Of a DNA stretch of 64,000 bases, positions 8,381-18,502 are shown piece after piece. Both the position numbers and the translations under genes were made by a program. The DNA lies in NCBI GenBank assembly GCA_965221775.1, contig CBDCSU010000006.1, forward strand, positions 352,001 through 416,000, read 5' to 3'. Source of the stretch: Candidatus Latescibacterota bacterium (GTDB lineage Bacteria > Latescibacterota > UBA2968 > UBA8231). The notes beneath the pieces are model-generated. The model was given only the letters and a program-made list of their open reading frames with translations. It made no database searches and was not told where the DNA came from. The first letter of the stretch is position 1. Each line of letters starts with the position of its first letter.

Positions 8381-10099
8381 TCACTCCGCCACCACCCGGA
8401 CCGTGAGGCTCGCGGTGCCCTCGAGCACCAAGCCGACATCCTCCTGGACGGAGACGGCGGGCTCCACCTCCTCCTGGTCCGGGCCTACGAAGGCCAAGTC
8501 GCCTTCCTGGACGGGCGTCAGCCGGGCCATCAGCAGGACGTTCTCATCCTCCCCGTTCAGCCGCGCAAAGACGTCTTCCAGCGTCTCTTCGGCGTCTTCC
8601 ACCGGGGAGCCGAAGAAGACGCCCAGATCCCCGAAGGCGTCACCGTCCCCGTCCGCGGCCAGGAGGGCCGCGGGGCCAACCTCGAGCTGGTAGGCGCCGG
8701 CAGCCAGCGTGCTCGGCAGGCTCAAGGCGAGGTCGATCTCCCGGTCGTTCCGCCGCCCCACGCGCAGCGTGGTCGTGACCGTGAGCATGTCCCCCGGCGC
8801 GACGACGGTGTCGGCGGCCACGCCCGTGACCTTGGCGAATCGGGCTTCGGGGAGGACCTCGACGCGGACCTCCGCCTCCCGCACCGTCAGGGTGTCGTCC
8901 TGGTGGTGCAAGAGCTGCTGCAGGGCATCGGCCAGATCGGAGTCGGCTCGGCTGATCAGGGAATGAAGCCGCTCCTCCGGCCCGGCGTAGAGGCGGGACC
9001 GGTCCAGCATCGAGTCCGTTTCGACAAAGGAGACCTCCACCGCCACTCGAAGACTGTGGCCGGCCTCGTTGTCGACTCGTGAAGACAAGGGGCTGAAGGC
9101 CGCCAGGCCGACGAGACCGGCCTGTTCGACGCGCGTCGGCATCTCGTGCACGAGCTCGACTTCGCCCGACGGCAGGGTGAGCACGCTCCGGATCGGCACC
9201 AGCTCCGGTCCGTCGTCGAGGACCCCGCGAACCGCCGGCAGCCGGTCCTCGGTCAGCGTGCCCCGAACCGTGGGGTTCAGGGTGGCGAACTTGTACGGCG
9301 CCGCGAGGTTGGAGACCTCGCCGAGCACCCGCGCCTCGATGATGGGCAGCTCCACCGAGCCGAACTGGTCCATCGGGTGCCCGAACCCGTACACGCGGTC
9401 CCCGTCGACGTAGGAGATGGTTCCGATGGCGCCTCCCGTGATCTCCCCCAGAAGCAAGGCGACCGCCAGGGGACGCCCGGCTTCGAAGCTCTCCTGGCGC
9501 TCCTGCGTCAGGGTCGCCGGAAGGGCCCCGGCCCATGGGGATCCGGAGTTGAGCCCCGTCACCACCCGGAGCACCTTCAGGGGCACGATGCCGGCGCCGC
9601 CCCAAGCAGCCGCGGGCCTGGCCACGGGAGCCGTGCCGCGCTTGCCGATCACCCATTCGATGGGAGTGGCAAAGCAGTAGTAGGGGGCGCTCGTCTGGTT
9701 GTTGAAGGCGTAGGCGATGGCGCCCCAGGTCCCCTCCTCGGAGAACAGGGGGGAGCCGCTCATGCCCTGGGCGATCCCGCCGAGCTGGATCAGGACCGGG
9801 TCGGAGGCCTCCACCATGATCACCGGCATGGGCGGCAGGAAGTCGTCGACCACCGTGACGAACCTCATCTCAAGATCGGCGAGCTCGCCGTTGACGAACT
9901 CGGTCCGCAGGTACAAGGGCATCCCCTCGGGCATGGAACGAACCGAGTCGATGGGCACGATGGCCGACAGATCCCAGGGCTGCAGTTCCCCGCTCGGCCG
10001 CAGGACGGCCCCGGGGTCCGGAGCCACCGGTGGAGGATCGTCATCTCCACACGCCCACAGAATCAGCAACAGCGGGAACAGTGCTCTACGGATGAACAT
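8381..10099 (-). CDS. SpoIVB/S55-family serine peptidase lipoprotein
   Basis: Lipobox LWAC; GGIAQGMSGSP and GFGHP motifs; RBS AGGAG before MFIRR. Confidence 0.8.
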   Translation of the reverse strand: MFIRRALFPLLLILWACGDDDPPPVAPDPGAVLRPSGELQPWDLSAIVPIDSVRSMPEGMPLYLRTEFVNGELADLEMRFVTVVDDFLPPMPVIMVEASDPVLIQLGGIAQGMSGSPLFSEEGTWGAIAYAFNNQTSAPYYCFATPIEWVIGKRGTAPVARPAAAWGGAGIVPLKVLRVVTGLNSGSPWAGALPATLTQERQESFEAGRPLAVALLLGEITGGAIGTISYVDGDRVYGFGHPMDQFGSVELPIIEARVLGEVSNLAAPYKFATLNPTVRGTLTEDRLPAVRGVLDDGPELVPIRSVLTLPSGEVELVHEMPTRVEQAGLVGLAAFSPLSSRVDNEAGHSLRVAVEVSFVETDSMLDRSRLYAGPEERLHSLISRADSDLADALQQLLHHQDDTLTVREAEVRVEVLPEARFAKVTGVAADTVVAPGDMLTVTTTLRVGRRNDREIDLALSLPSTLAAGAYQLEVGPAALLAADGDGDAFGDLGVFFGSPVEDAEETLEDVFARLNGEDENVLLMARLTPVQEGDLAFVGPDQEEVEPAVSVQEDVGLVLEGTASLTVRVVAE

Positions 10100-10337
10100 G
10101 GTCTTCCTCTCCTTGCGCCCAGGCGGGGGCGGGTGTGGGTGAGGCTGCCGAGGACGCATTGTCTCAACACCGTGCAGCCCCGGATCAGCCGCCCGATGCA
10201 CAGCCGTGTGTGAGCCGGACGCGGCGCCTTCGTCCGAAGGCAGGAGGGACGGGTGCGGTCAGTCGAGGACCAGCAGAAGCGCCGCGGGCAGGCGCGCCCA
10301 TCCAGCCCGTCCCGGCGGACTCATGCGATTCTCGCCA

Positions 10338-11648
10338 TCACCGCAGTTCGAACTCTTCGTGGTGAATGCGCCCCCCAGGCACGCCCTGCTTCTTGAGGCC
10401 GCCGGCAACCGCTGCGACCATCGGCTTCGGGCCGCACAGGTAGAAGTCCCGCTCACCGAGTTGGCCCTCGAGGTCGTCCTTGATCGCATCCGCGCTGATC
10501 CGCGCGCCGGCTTCCGAGCTGACACGCCGGATCGTCACGCCGCCCACTTCGTCCGCACGCGCCTCCAGTTCGTCGAAGAACAGCGCCTCCGGGGCCCGGC
10601 GCACGCAGTAGTAGAGTTGGATGGTGCGGCCGTGACCCGGCTCCATCGTCCGCAGTACCGACAGGAACGGCGTGATGCCGATCCCCCCGGCCACCCACAC
10701 CTGCCTCGCCAGACCTCTCTGTGGATGGAATCGGCCATAGGGACCCTCGATGTCGACCTCGACACCCTCGGCCAGATCGTCGCGCACTCGACGGGTGTAG
10801 TCGCCGGCCACCTTCATCGTGAAGCGGAGACGGGGCTCCTTCGCGCCGGACGAGATGGTGAAGGGATGGGCTTCCCTGAACCCGGCCGCGTCAATGGTGA
10901 CGAAGGCGAACTGCCCCGGCTCGAAGGCGAGCATTCCGTCCTTCGGCTCGAGCACCAGCTCGGTCGCCCGTTCGAGCCGGTTGACCGCAGCCAAGGTGAA
11001 GGCGTGTCGCCGTCTCCTGAGCTGGACGAGCTGTCTGTATCCGTAGGCCGCCAGACCGGCGAGAAGCAGCAGCGCCAGGGCCACCCCCGGCCCCGAGAAC
11101 AGCGCGAGCTCCTCGCCGTCGAAGAGCACCAGGAAGACATGTACGCTGACGACGGCGAAGAACAGACCCGTGAATCGATGGGTCGTGATCCAGCGGTGAT
11201 AGGGGATCTTTCGGTTCAGGGTGATGACGATCAGCAGCAGGAAGCCGATCATCCCGATCTGGCCGAACAGGTCGATGGGCAAGCCCTCTTCTTCTTCTTC
11301 CGAGCCGGCGGCCTCGATCCCCGCGGCGGGCGCCGGGGCCTCATCTCCCTCCGGCCCTCCCGGCACCGTCGCGAAGTGCGCCAGGAACAGAAGCATGGCG
11401 GCGATGCCGAGATGCTTGTGCAGCCGGTACATCCGGTCGAGGCCACCGAAGGATGTCTCCACCGCACGGGGACGCGTCGAGAGCAGCATCCCCAGTACCA
11501 TGCAGATCACCGAGCAGGAACCGGCGAAGTAGGAGAACTGGGCGTCGAAGGGCATGCCCGCCGCCATCACGTGCTGCCAGTACAGCGCGGAGTATGCGGC
11601 AAACGACGCCGCCACGGCCCACAGGCCCTTCCGAAGGCTCATACGCAT
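10338..11648 (-). CDS. Ferric reductase-like transmembrane plus FNR (FAD/NAD) oxidoreductase
   Basis: GGLDRMYRLHKHLG, HPFTISS, EGPYG, AGGIGITP, YLCGP and C-terminal EEF motifs. Confidence 0.9.
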   Translation of the reverse strand: MRMSLRKGLWAVAASFAAYSALYWQHVMAAGMPFDAQFSYFAGSCSVICMVLGMLLSTRPRAVETSFGGLDRMYRLHKHLGIAAMLLFLAHFATVPGGPEGDEAPAPAAGIEAAGSEEEEEGLPIDLFGQIGMIGFLLLIVITLNRKIPYHRWITTHRFTGLFFAVVSVHVFLVLFDGEELALFSGPGVALALLLLAGLAAYGYRQLVQLRRRRHAFTLAAVNRLERATELVLEPKDGMLAFEPGQFAFVTIDAAGFREAHPFTISSGAKEPRLRFTMKVAGDYTRRVRDDLAEGVEVDIEGPYGRFHPQRGLARQVWVAGGIGITPFLSVLRTMEPGHGRTIQLYYCVRRAPEALFFDELEARADEVGGVTIRRVSSEAGARISADAIKDDLEGQLGERDFYLCGPKPMVAAVAGGLKKQGVPGGRIHHEEFELR

Positions 11649-11721
11649 ACAGAGACGCTGCTCCCTCTCGTCAGCGGAATACCGCCTTCAGCGCATCCAC
11701 GAGGCTAGCCGCCCCATCCGT

Positions 11722-12189
11722 TCAGTTGAACTCGTAGACGAGATCGACGAGAGCGTCGGGAACGTCGGGAGCGCCCCTGAGTTGCAGCACCACCGTGCCC
11801 GGGCCCGGGCCGTACGCCTCCCGGTAACGGTTGCGGATGAGTTCGAGATCGAAGACGTGCGTCTCCGTCAGCCAGGCTTCGCAGCTATCGCCGTTGGCGT
11901 CGTGTTTCAGCACGGCCGGCAACTGTACGGGCGACGACTCGGCGAACGAATCCCCGATGACGAGGGTGAACGCGTGCTCCCGGCACCCGCCGGCGAACGA
12001 CACGGAGACGGTCAGGGCGTGGCCGGTGATCGCCGCGCTGGTCAGTTCGTAGGGGTCCCCTCCCAGATCGGCGTCGTCGCCGGCCACGACGACCCGGGGT
12101 GGGGGATCCCCCGGCGACGCGGCCCGTTCAGAGTCCTGGCAGCCGGTTGCGGCGACCAGCAGCAGTCCCATCGCGCACCGATAGACCAT
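11722..12189 (-). CDS. Hypothetical lipoprotein
   Basis: Lipobox ATGC; GGCREH...HDANGDSCEA cysteine pair. Confidence 0.7.
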   Translation of the reverse strand: MVYRCAMGLLLVAATGCQDSERAASPGDPPPRVVVAGDDADLGGDPYELTSAAITGHALTVSVSFAGGCREHAFTLVIGDSFAESSPVQLPAVLKHDANGDSCEAWLTETHVFDLELIRNRYREAYGPGPGTVVLQLRGAPDVPDALVDLVYEFN

Positions 12190-12234
12190 TGCAGAGTCCT
12201 CCTGTCAATTGAGGTGGAGCCGGGCGCGGCGCTC

Positions 12235-12636
12235 CTACCGCAGCCGGTCCTTCAGATCGCCCCAGGACAGCGGCTTGGTGGCCGTGTCGGGGTCAATGCC
12301 GAGGTAGTCGTGCTGGTCGCCGTTGGTGACCACGATCAGGGCCTGGTCGGCCGCGGCGGCGGCGGTGACATGGTTGTCCCCCGCCGACAGCAGCAGGGTG
12401 GCGTCCCCCGCGCCGACGCCCAGGATCAACTGCGGCCCCTCCTCGGACCCCAAGGCCAGGAACGGGGCTCCGTCCGGGCCCGTGGCCAGCATCCCCACCA
12501 GTTCGCCGGCGGCATTTTCCAGTGCAAACGCCTGAGCTCGGACGGCCCCCTCCTCGTCCTGGGCCCCCAACCGTGACAGCGCCGCGACCACCAGGAGCAA
12601 GGCCCCGGCTGCCCACAGCAAACGATTCCGTCCCAT
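12235..12636 (-). CDS. Secreted hypothetical protein with C-terminal SWGxLK motif
   Basis: RBS AAGGAAGG; signal peptide; ends PDTATKPLSWGDLKDRLR. Confidence 0.7.
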   Translation of the reverse strand: MGRNRLLWAAGALLLVVAALSRLGAQDEEGAVRAQAFALENAAGELVGMLATGPDGAPFLALGSEEGPQLILGVGAGDATLLLSAGDNHVTAAAAADQALIVVTNGDQHDYLGIDPDTATKPLSWGDLKDRLR

Positions 12637-12970
12637 GACTTCCTTCCTTTCGCCGGCTTGGACAGCCGGTCCATCGGGTCTCAGATCGGCCAACGCCCCG
12701 TTCCACGGAAGTCCCGCGAGAACCGAGCCTGGCCGTCACCGCGTCTCCTCCCAAGGTAAGGAGGAACCAAAAACCTATTGTGAAGTTACTGTGAGTTTAC
12801 GCGGGTCAAGGGTGGCATTATCGTGGAAATGAGCATATTCTCCTCGCAGAGGGGCTATCCCTTGGGGACCGCCGTGCCGCGGCTTGTCCCGAACCGATCG
12901 AGCTCTCCCCGGGCGGCGGACCGGAGCCTTTGACCGCGTTTGCACCTGGGGGTCAGAAGGAGATCGACCC

Positions 12971-15403
12971 ATGAAGACCCATCCGAAGCAGGGGCCGGAG
13001 AGCGAGGCCCGGAGCGACCTCGTTTCCCGGTTGAGCGCGGCGACCCTGCGCATCAGCGCCAGTCTCGAGCTCGATACGGTCCTGCGCGAGGTCCTGGACA
13101 GCGCCCGCGCCCTGACCGGGGCCCGGTGCGGCGTCATCACGACCGTTGACGAGGCGGGGCAGGCCCAGGACTTCGTCAGTTCGGGCATCAGCCCCGAGGA
13201 ACACCGGCAGCTGGCCGAATGGCCCGGTGGACCGCGCCTGTTCGAGCACCTCCGGAGCCTGCCGGGAGCGCTGCGACTGACAGACCTCAACGCCTACGTC
13301 CGGTCCCTCGGCTTTTCCTCGATGCCGGCCCTGACGAGGACGTTCCAGGGCACGCCGATGCGGCATCGGGACGTGGACGTGGGCAGCTTCTTCCTCGGCG
13401 AGAAGGAGGGAGAAGGCGAGTTCACCGGCGAAGACGAGGAAATCCTGATGCTGTTCGCCTCGCAGGCGGCCACGGCGATCGCCAACGCCCGTGCGTACCG
13501 GAGCGAGCAGCGGGCCCGGGCCGACCTGGAAGCCCTGGTCGACACCTCGCCGGTCGGGGTCGTGGTCTTCAACGCCCGGACCGGCCGGATGGTGTCGGTC
13601 AACCGGGAGGCGAAGCGGATCGTCGAAGGTCTCCGCCTGCCGGGCGGCTCCCTGGAGCAAGTCCTGGAAGTCCTGACCCTCCGGCGGGCCGACGGCCAGG
13701 AGGTCTCCCTCGAGAAGCTGTCCATGACGCAGGCCCTGGGAACCGGAGAGACGGTGCGCGCCGAGGAGATCGTCCTGGAGGTGCCCGACGGGCGGCGCCT
13801 CCGGACCCTGATCAACGCCACGCCGATCCAGTCGGGCGACGGCGAGGTCGAGTCGGTGGTCGTGACCCTGCAGGACCTGACCCCGCTGGAGGAGCTGGAG
13901 CGATTGCGGTCCGAGTTCCTGGACATGGTGAGCCACGAGTTGCGGGCCCCGCTGACGTCGATCAAGGGCTCCACCGCCACCGTGCTGGGGGCCTCACCGG
14001 CGCCGCCCCCGGCCGAGGTGCTGCAGTTCTTCCGGATCATCGACGAGCAGGCCGATCACATGCGCGGCCTGATCAGCGACCTGCTCGATGCCGGCAGCAT
14101 CGAGGCCGGCACCCTGTCGGTGACCCCCGAGCCCTCCGATCTGGCCGACTTGGTGGACCAGGCCCGAACCACCTTCCTGAGCGGGGGCCGCCGGCACACC
14201 GTCCTCCTCGACCTGCCGCCGGACCTGCCCCGGGTGATGGCCGACCGGCAGCGCATCGTCCAGGTCCTGGACAACCTGCTGGCCAACGCCGCCCGGCTCT
14301 CGCCCGAGTCGTCGACCATTCGGGTCGCCGCGGCGCTCCATGGCGTCGACGTCGAGATCTCCGTGGCCGACGAAGGCCGGGGTGTGCCCGCCGAGAAGCT
14401 GCCGTACCTCTTTCAGAAGTACACGGGCCTTGGCGAGGGGGACCGCGGACTCCGGGGCACGGGGCTGGGGCTGGCCATCTGCAAGGGCCTCGTGGAGGCC
14501 CACGGGGGGCGCATCCGGGCCGACAGTGGGGGGCTCGGCCAGGGCGCCCGAGTCACGTTCTCCGTTCCGGTGGCCGCGGAGGCCGGCGACGGCGCCGCGG
14601 CCGCAAACACCCGGCTCCGGGCTCGCCCCGGAGGCGAGCGGACCCGCATCCTGGTGGTGGACGACGACCCGCAGGCCCTGCGTTTCATGCGCGGCACTCT
14701 CGACGAAGCGGGCTACGACCCGATCGTGACCGGGGACCCTCGAGACCTGACGCGCATCCTGCACGCCGAGAAACCCCGGTTGGTCCTGCTCGACTTGCTG
14801 CTGCCCGAGACCGACGGCATCGAACTGATGGAAAGCGTCCCCGGACTGGCGGACCGGCCGGTGATTTTCATCTCCGCCTACGGCAGGGACGAAACCGTGG
14901 CCAGGGCCCTGGAGACCGGCGCCTCCGACTACATCGTCAAGCCCTTCTCCGCCACGGAACTGACGGCCCGGGTCCGGGCCGCCCTGCGCCGGCAGGCCAG
15001 ACCGGAACCGTTCGTGCTCGGGGAGCTGGCCATCGCCTGGGAGCAGCGCCGCGTGACCCTGGCCGGCCGCCCCGTGCCCCTGACGGTCACCGAGTACGAA
15101 TTGCTGCGCGTGCTCTCGCTCAACGCGGGACAGGTGTGCGAGTACGACACGCTGATCCGCCAGGTGTGGGGAGAGGAGGACTCTGCCAACCCGACCCTCG
15201 TGCGCACCTTCGTGAAGAACCTGCGCCGCAAGCTCGGGGAGGACGCGGGCCAGCCGACCTACATCCTGACGGAGAGGGGAGTCGGCTACCGCATGGCGGC
15301 ACCGGATGACGCGACGGCCGAAGGGCGAGGCTCGTTGACCTCGGCCAACCCTCCGCATAGATGTAGAGCCCCGAAACCTGCAACGAGGACGGGTACTCCA
15401 TGA
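12971..15403 (+). CDS. Hybrid regulator GAF-PAS-HisKA-HATPase-REC-OmpR wHTH
   Basis: SHELRAPLTSI, NLLANA, DEGRG, GTGLGLAI, ILVVDDD, LLDLLLP, KPF, LRRKLGED...ILTERGVGY; RBS GGAG before ATG 12971. Confidence 0.92.
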   Translation: MKTHPKQGPESEARSDLVSRLSAATLRISASLELDTVLREVLDSARALTGARCGVITTVDEAGQAQDFVSSGISPEEHRQLAEWPGGPRLFEHLRSLPGALRLTDLNAYVRSLGFSSMPALTRTFQGTPMRHRDVDVGSFFLGEKEGEGEFTGEDEEILMLFASQAATAIANARAYRSEQRARADLEALVDTSPVGVVVFNARTGRMVSVNREAKRIVEGLRLPGGSLEQVLEVLTLRRADGQEVSLEKLSMTQALGTGETVRAEEIVLEVPDGRRLRTLINATPIQSGDGEVESVVVTLQDLTPLEELERLRSEFLDMVSHELRAPLTSIKGSTATVLGASPAPPPAEVLQFFRIIDEQADHMRGLISDLLDAGSIEAGTLSVTPEPSDLADLVDQARTTFLSGGRRHTVLLDLPPDLPRVMADRQRIVQVLDNLLANAARLSPESSTIRVAAALHGVDVEISVADEGRGVPAEKLPYLFQKYTGLGEGDRGLRGTGLGLAICKGLVEAHGGRIRADSGGLGQGARVTFSVPVAAEAGDGAAAANTRLRARPGGERTRILVVDDDPQALRFMRGTLDEAGYDPIVTGDPRDLTRILHAEKPRLVLLDLLLPETDGIELMESVPGLADRPVIFISAYGRDETVARALETGASDYIVKPFSATELTARVRAALRRQARPEPFVLGELAIAWEQRRVTLAGRPVPLTVTEYELLRVLSLNAGQVCEYDTLIRQVWGEEDSANPTLVRTFVKNLRRKLGEDAGQPTYILTERGVGYRMAAPDDATAEGRGSLTSANPPHRCRAPKPATRTGTP

Positions 15404-16923
15404 CCAGTCACGACCACACCCTCGACGACGGCGCCCGGGCCCGCTTCGTGGCCGACGGCTGCCTGACGGTGCGCACCACCCTGCCCGCCGACTTCCACTC
15501 CGACCTCTACGGGCGCATCGAGGAGGTCTTCGAGAACGAGGGCAACCCGGGCAACAACCTGCTGCCGCGGCTGCCGGAGATCCGGCGGGTCTTCGACGAC
15601 CCGGCCGTGGCCGGCGCCCTGGAGAGCCTGCTGGGCCCCGGGTACGTGATGAACCCCCACCGCCACTGCCACCTGAACCCCCCCGGCTCGCCAGGGCAGT
15701 CGTGGCACAAGGACTGCTACGTCTTCGATCACAACCTTCGCCACCCGCGCTTCCGGTGGGTCCTCGGCTTCTACTATCCCCAGGACGTGACCGCCGACAT
15801 GGGGCCCACGGGGGTCCTGCCGGGCCAGCAGTGGTACCGCACGATCTCCGACCCCGACCCGCACAAAGCCACCGAGAGGGAGGAACCGCTGCTGGGCGAG
15901 GCCGGCACGGTGGCCATCGTCCACTTCGACAGCTGGCACCGGGCCATCGCCAACCGCAGCGGCCGCAAGCGCTACATGCTCAAGTTCCAGTTCGCGCGCA
16001 CCGTCGAGCCGGCCGCCGCCGGGGCCGCCGACGGCCACCCGTCCTGGGAGGAGAGCGGCGCCGTCTGCTCCGACGTGTGGCGCTGGCTCTCGGGGGCCGG
16101 CAACGGTCCGGCGGCCGGGTCGGAGGAGCCCATCGGGGGCTGGGTCGACCAGCTGGCTTCGTCCTCGCCCGCCGAGCGGGCCCGGGCCGCGGACCGCATC
16201 GCCCTCTCGGGTTCGGCGGCGGACGCGGTGCCCGCCCTGGCGCGGGCCCTGGAGGACGAGGACGAGCCGGTGCGCCTGAACGCCGCCTACGCCCTCGCCG
16301 GTGCCGGGGAGGGCCGCGGTCTCCTCGCCGACAGCCTGCGCCGCGAGGCGGCCGCCTCCGAGGAGCTGGCCACGGCGAAGACCGCCGACAACGCCCACGG
16401 CACCAACCCCACGGCGCCCGCCGCCGCCCACGCCCTGGCCCTGGCCCCCGGGGGCGACGAGGCGGCGGCCGGACTGCTGCACGACGAGCACTGGCTGGTG
16501 CGGGCCTCGGCGGCGGGGGCCCTGGGCAACATGGGGCCCGCGGCGGCCCCCCACGCGGCGGCCCTGTGCGCGGCCACCGCCGACGAGCACTGGTGGGTGC
16601 GGCGCAACGCCCTGGAGGCCCTCGGCCGGCTCCCCGATGCCGGCGGCGCCGCGCTGGAGGCGGCCACCCGCTGCCTCCGCGACGACGACTACCGGGTCCG
16701 CCGCAACGCCGCCATCGCCCTGCGGCACGCTCCCGCGCCGGCGGCGGAGACGGTGCCGGCCCTGGTGGAGATGCTGGGGGACGAGAACCGCTACAACCGC
16801 TTCTACGCCGCCGACGGCCTGCGCCGCCTGGCGCCGGTCTCGCCGGAGGCGGAGGCGGGCCTCATGGACCACCTCTTCACGTCGCACTGGTGTCCGCTGA
16901 CCACGCCCGGGAACCCCTACTGA
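15400..16923 (+). CDS. PhyH-family 2OG/Fe(II) dioxygenase with C-terminal HEAT repeats
   Basis: WHKD...WHRA facial triad, GPTGVLPG; VRLNAAYAL, VRRNALEAL, VRRNAAIAL HEAT repeats. Confidence 0.85.
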   Translation: MTSHDHTLDDGARARFVADGCLTVRTTLPADFHSDLYGRIEEVFENEGNPGNNLLPRLPEIRRVFDDPAVAGALESLLGPGYVMNPHRHCHLNPPGSPGQSWHKDCYVFDHNLRHPRFRWVLGFYYPQDVTADMGPTGVLPGQQWYRTISDPDPHKATEREEPLLGEAGTVAIVHFDSWHRAIANRSGRKRYMLKFQFARTVEPAAAGAADGHPSWEESGAVCSDVWRWLSGAGNGPAAGSEEPIGGWVDQLASSSPAERARAADRIALSGSAADAVPALARALEDEDEPVRLNAAYALAGAGEGRGLLADSLRREAAASEELATAKTADNAHGTNPTAPAAAHALALAPGGDEAAAGLLHDEHWLVRASAAGALGNMGPAAAPHAAALCAATADEHWWVRRNALEALGRLPDAGGAALEAATRCLRDDDYRVRRNAAIALRHAPAPAAETVPALVEMLGDENRYNRFYAADGLRRLAPVSPEAEAGLMDHLFTSHWCPLTTPGNPY

Positions 16924-16947
16924 AGGCGGGGCCCCCGAGGGGCCGGC

Positions 16948-17709
16948 TCAGCGCTTGAGGATGCCGCCGTTGACGTCGAGGGTGGCGCCGGTGATGTAGG
17001 CGGCCATGGGCGAGGCGAGGAACAGCGCCGCGTGGGCGATCTCCACCGGCTCGCCGAGCCGCCCGAGGGGGATCAGCCCGGTCACGTGGGCCCGCTGCTC
17101 GTCGGTGAGCAGCTCCGGGTCGGCGTCGATCTGCCCGGGCGAGATGGAGTTGACGGTGACCCCCGCCGGCGCCAGGTCGCGCGCCAGGGTCTTGGTCATC
17201 GTCTCGAGACCGCCCTTGGAGGCGGTGTAGTTGACGCCGCCGCTGACGCCTCCCGTCTGGGCGCTCACCGAGGTGATGTTGACGATCCGGCCTCCGCCCT
17301 GGCGCCTCATGACCGGCGCCGCGGCGCGGCAGCACAGGTAGGGGCCGGTGAGGTTGGCGGCGATCACCCGGTCCCAGCTGTCCGGCTCGATCTCCTCCAA
17401 CGGCGCGAACTGGATGAGGCCGGCGTTGTTGACGAGCACGTCCAGGCGGCCCCAGGTGTCGACGATGCGCCGCACCGCCGCCTGCACCTGCTCCTCGACG
17501 CCCACGTCGGTGGGCAGCACCAGCGCCGCCTCGGGGCCGATCTCGGCGGCGACCTCTTCCAGTTGATCGGCGCTGCGCGCCGCCAGGGCGACGCGGGCCC
17601 CGGCGCGGGCAAAGGTCACGGCCATGGCGCGGCCGATGCCGCGGCCGGCGCCGGTGACCAGCACCACCCGGCCGCTGAAGTCGAGGAGGGAGCGGATCTC
17701 TTCGTGCAC
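16948..17709 (-). CDS. SDR oxidoreductase (FabG-like)
   Basis: TGAGRGIG, NNAG, YTASK. Confidence 0.92.
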   Translation of the reverse strand: MHEEIRSLLDFSGRVVLVTGAGRGIGRAMAVTFARAGARVALAARSADQLEEVAAEIGPEAALVLPTDVGVEEQVQAAVRRIVDTWGRLDVLVNNAGLIQFAPLEEIEPDSWDRVIAANLTGPYLCCRAAAPVMRRQGGGRIVNITSVSAQTGGVSGGVNYTASKGGLETMTKTLARDLAPAGVTVNSISPGQIDADPELLTDEQRAHVTGLIPLGRLGEPVEIAHAALFLASPMAAYITGATLDVNGGILKR

Positions 17710-17722
17710 GTCGAGCCTCCCG

Positions 17723-18502
17723 TCATCCCCGCAGGCCGGGGATCTCCATGAAGCGTCCGTTGTCCTGGCAGGCGATCTGGCCGCCGTCGACGATCACGTC
17801 CTGCCCGGTGAGGAAGCCGGCGTCGCCGGAGAGCAGGAAGGCGATGACGGCGGCGATGTCCCGGGCGGTGCCGTAGCGGTCGAGGGGGATCTGCTTGAGG
17901 TAGGCCGCCTTGAACAGGGGCTCCTCGACCTCGGGGGTGGCCGGCGTCGAGATCACCCCCGGAGAGACGGCGTTGACGCGGATGCGGTGCCGGGCGAACT
18001 CCCCGGCGGCGGTGCGCATGAGGCCCACGAGGGCCGCCTTCGAGGCGTCGTACGCGGCGTTGTTGGTGCTCGACCGGTAGGCGTTGCGGCTGGCGACGCA
18101 GACCACGGCGCCGCCGCCGGCCGCGGCCATGACCGGCGCCAGGGACCGCAGGAAGGCGAAGGGCGAGGTGACGTTGACCGCCAGATTGAGGTCCCAGACC
18201 TCGTCGCTCATGTCGACGATCGGTCCGCCGGGCCAGACGCCGGCGTTGAGGACCAGGCGCGTCACGGGACCGTGGCGCTCCACGAGGCCGCGCAGCATGT
18301 CGCCGGTCCCGGCGATGTCGGTGAGGTCGAACTCGCAGGTCGCCAGCGCGCCTCCCGCCTTCTCATCCCCCGCGAGCCGGGCGAGACCCTCGCCGTCGAG
18401 GTCGAGGGCGATGACGCGCAGACCGTCCGAGAGAAGCCGCGTCACCGTGGCCCGGCCGATGCCGCCGGCGGCGCCGGTCACCAGGGCCAGGGGAGCGCTC
18501 AC
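17723..18502 (-). CDS. SDR oxidoreductase
   Basis: GTG start overlapping the upstream stop; TGAAGGIG, LNAG, YDASK. Confidence 0.9.
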   Translation of the reverse strand: MSAPLALVTGAAGGIGRATVTRLLSDGLRVIALDLDGEGLARLAGDEKAGGALATCEFDLTDIAGTGDMLRGLVERHGPVTRLVLNAGVWPGGPIVDMSDEVWDLNLAVNVTSPFAFLRSLAPVMAAAGGGAVVCVASRNAYRSSTNNAAYDASKAALVGLMRTAAGEFARHRIRVNAVSPGVISTPATPEVEEPLFKAAYLKQIPLDRYGTARDIAAVIAFLLSGDAGFLTGQDVIVDGGQIACQDNGRFMEIPGLRG

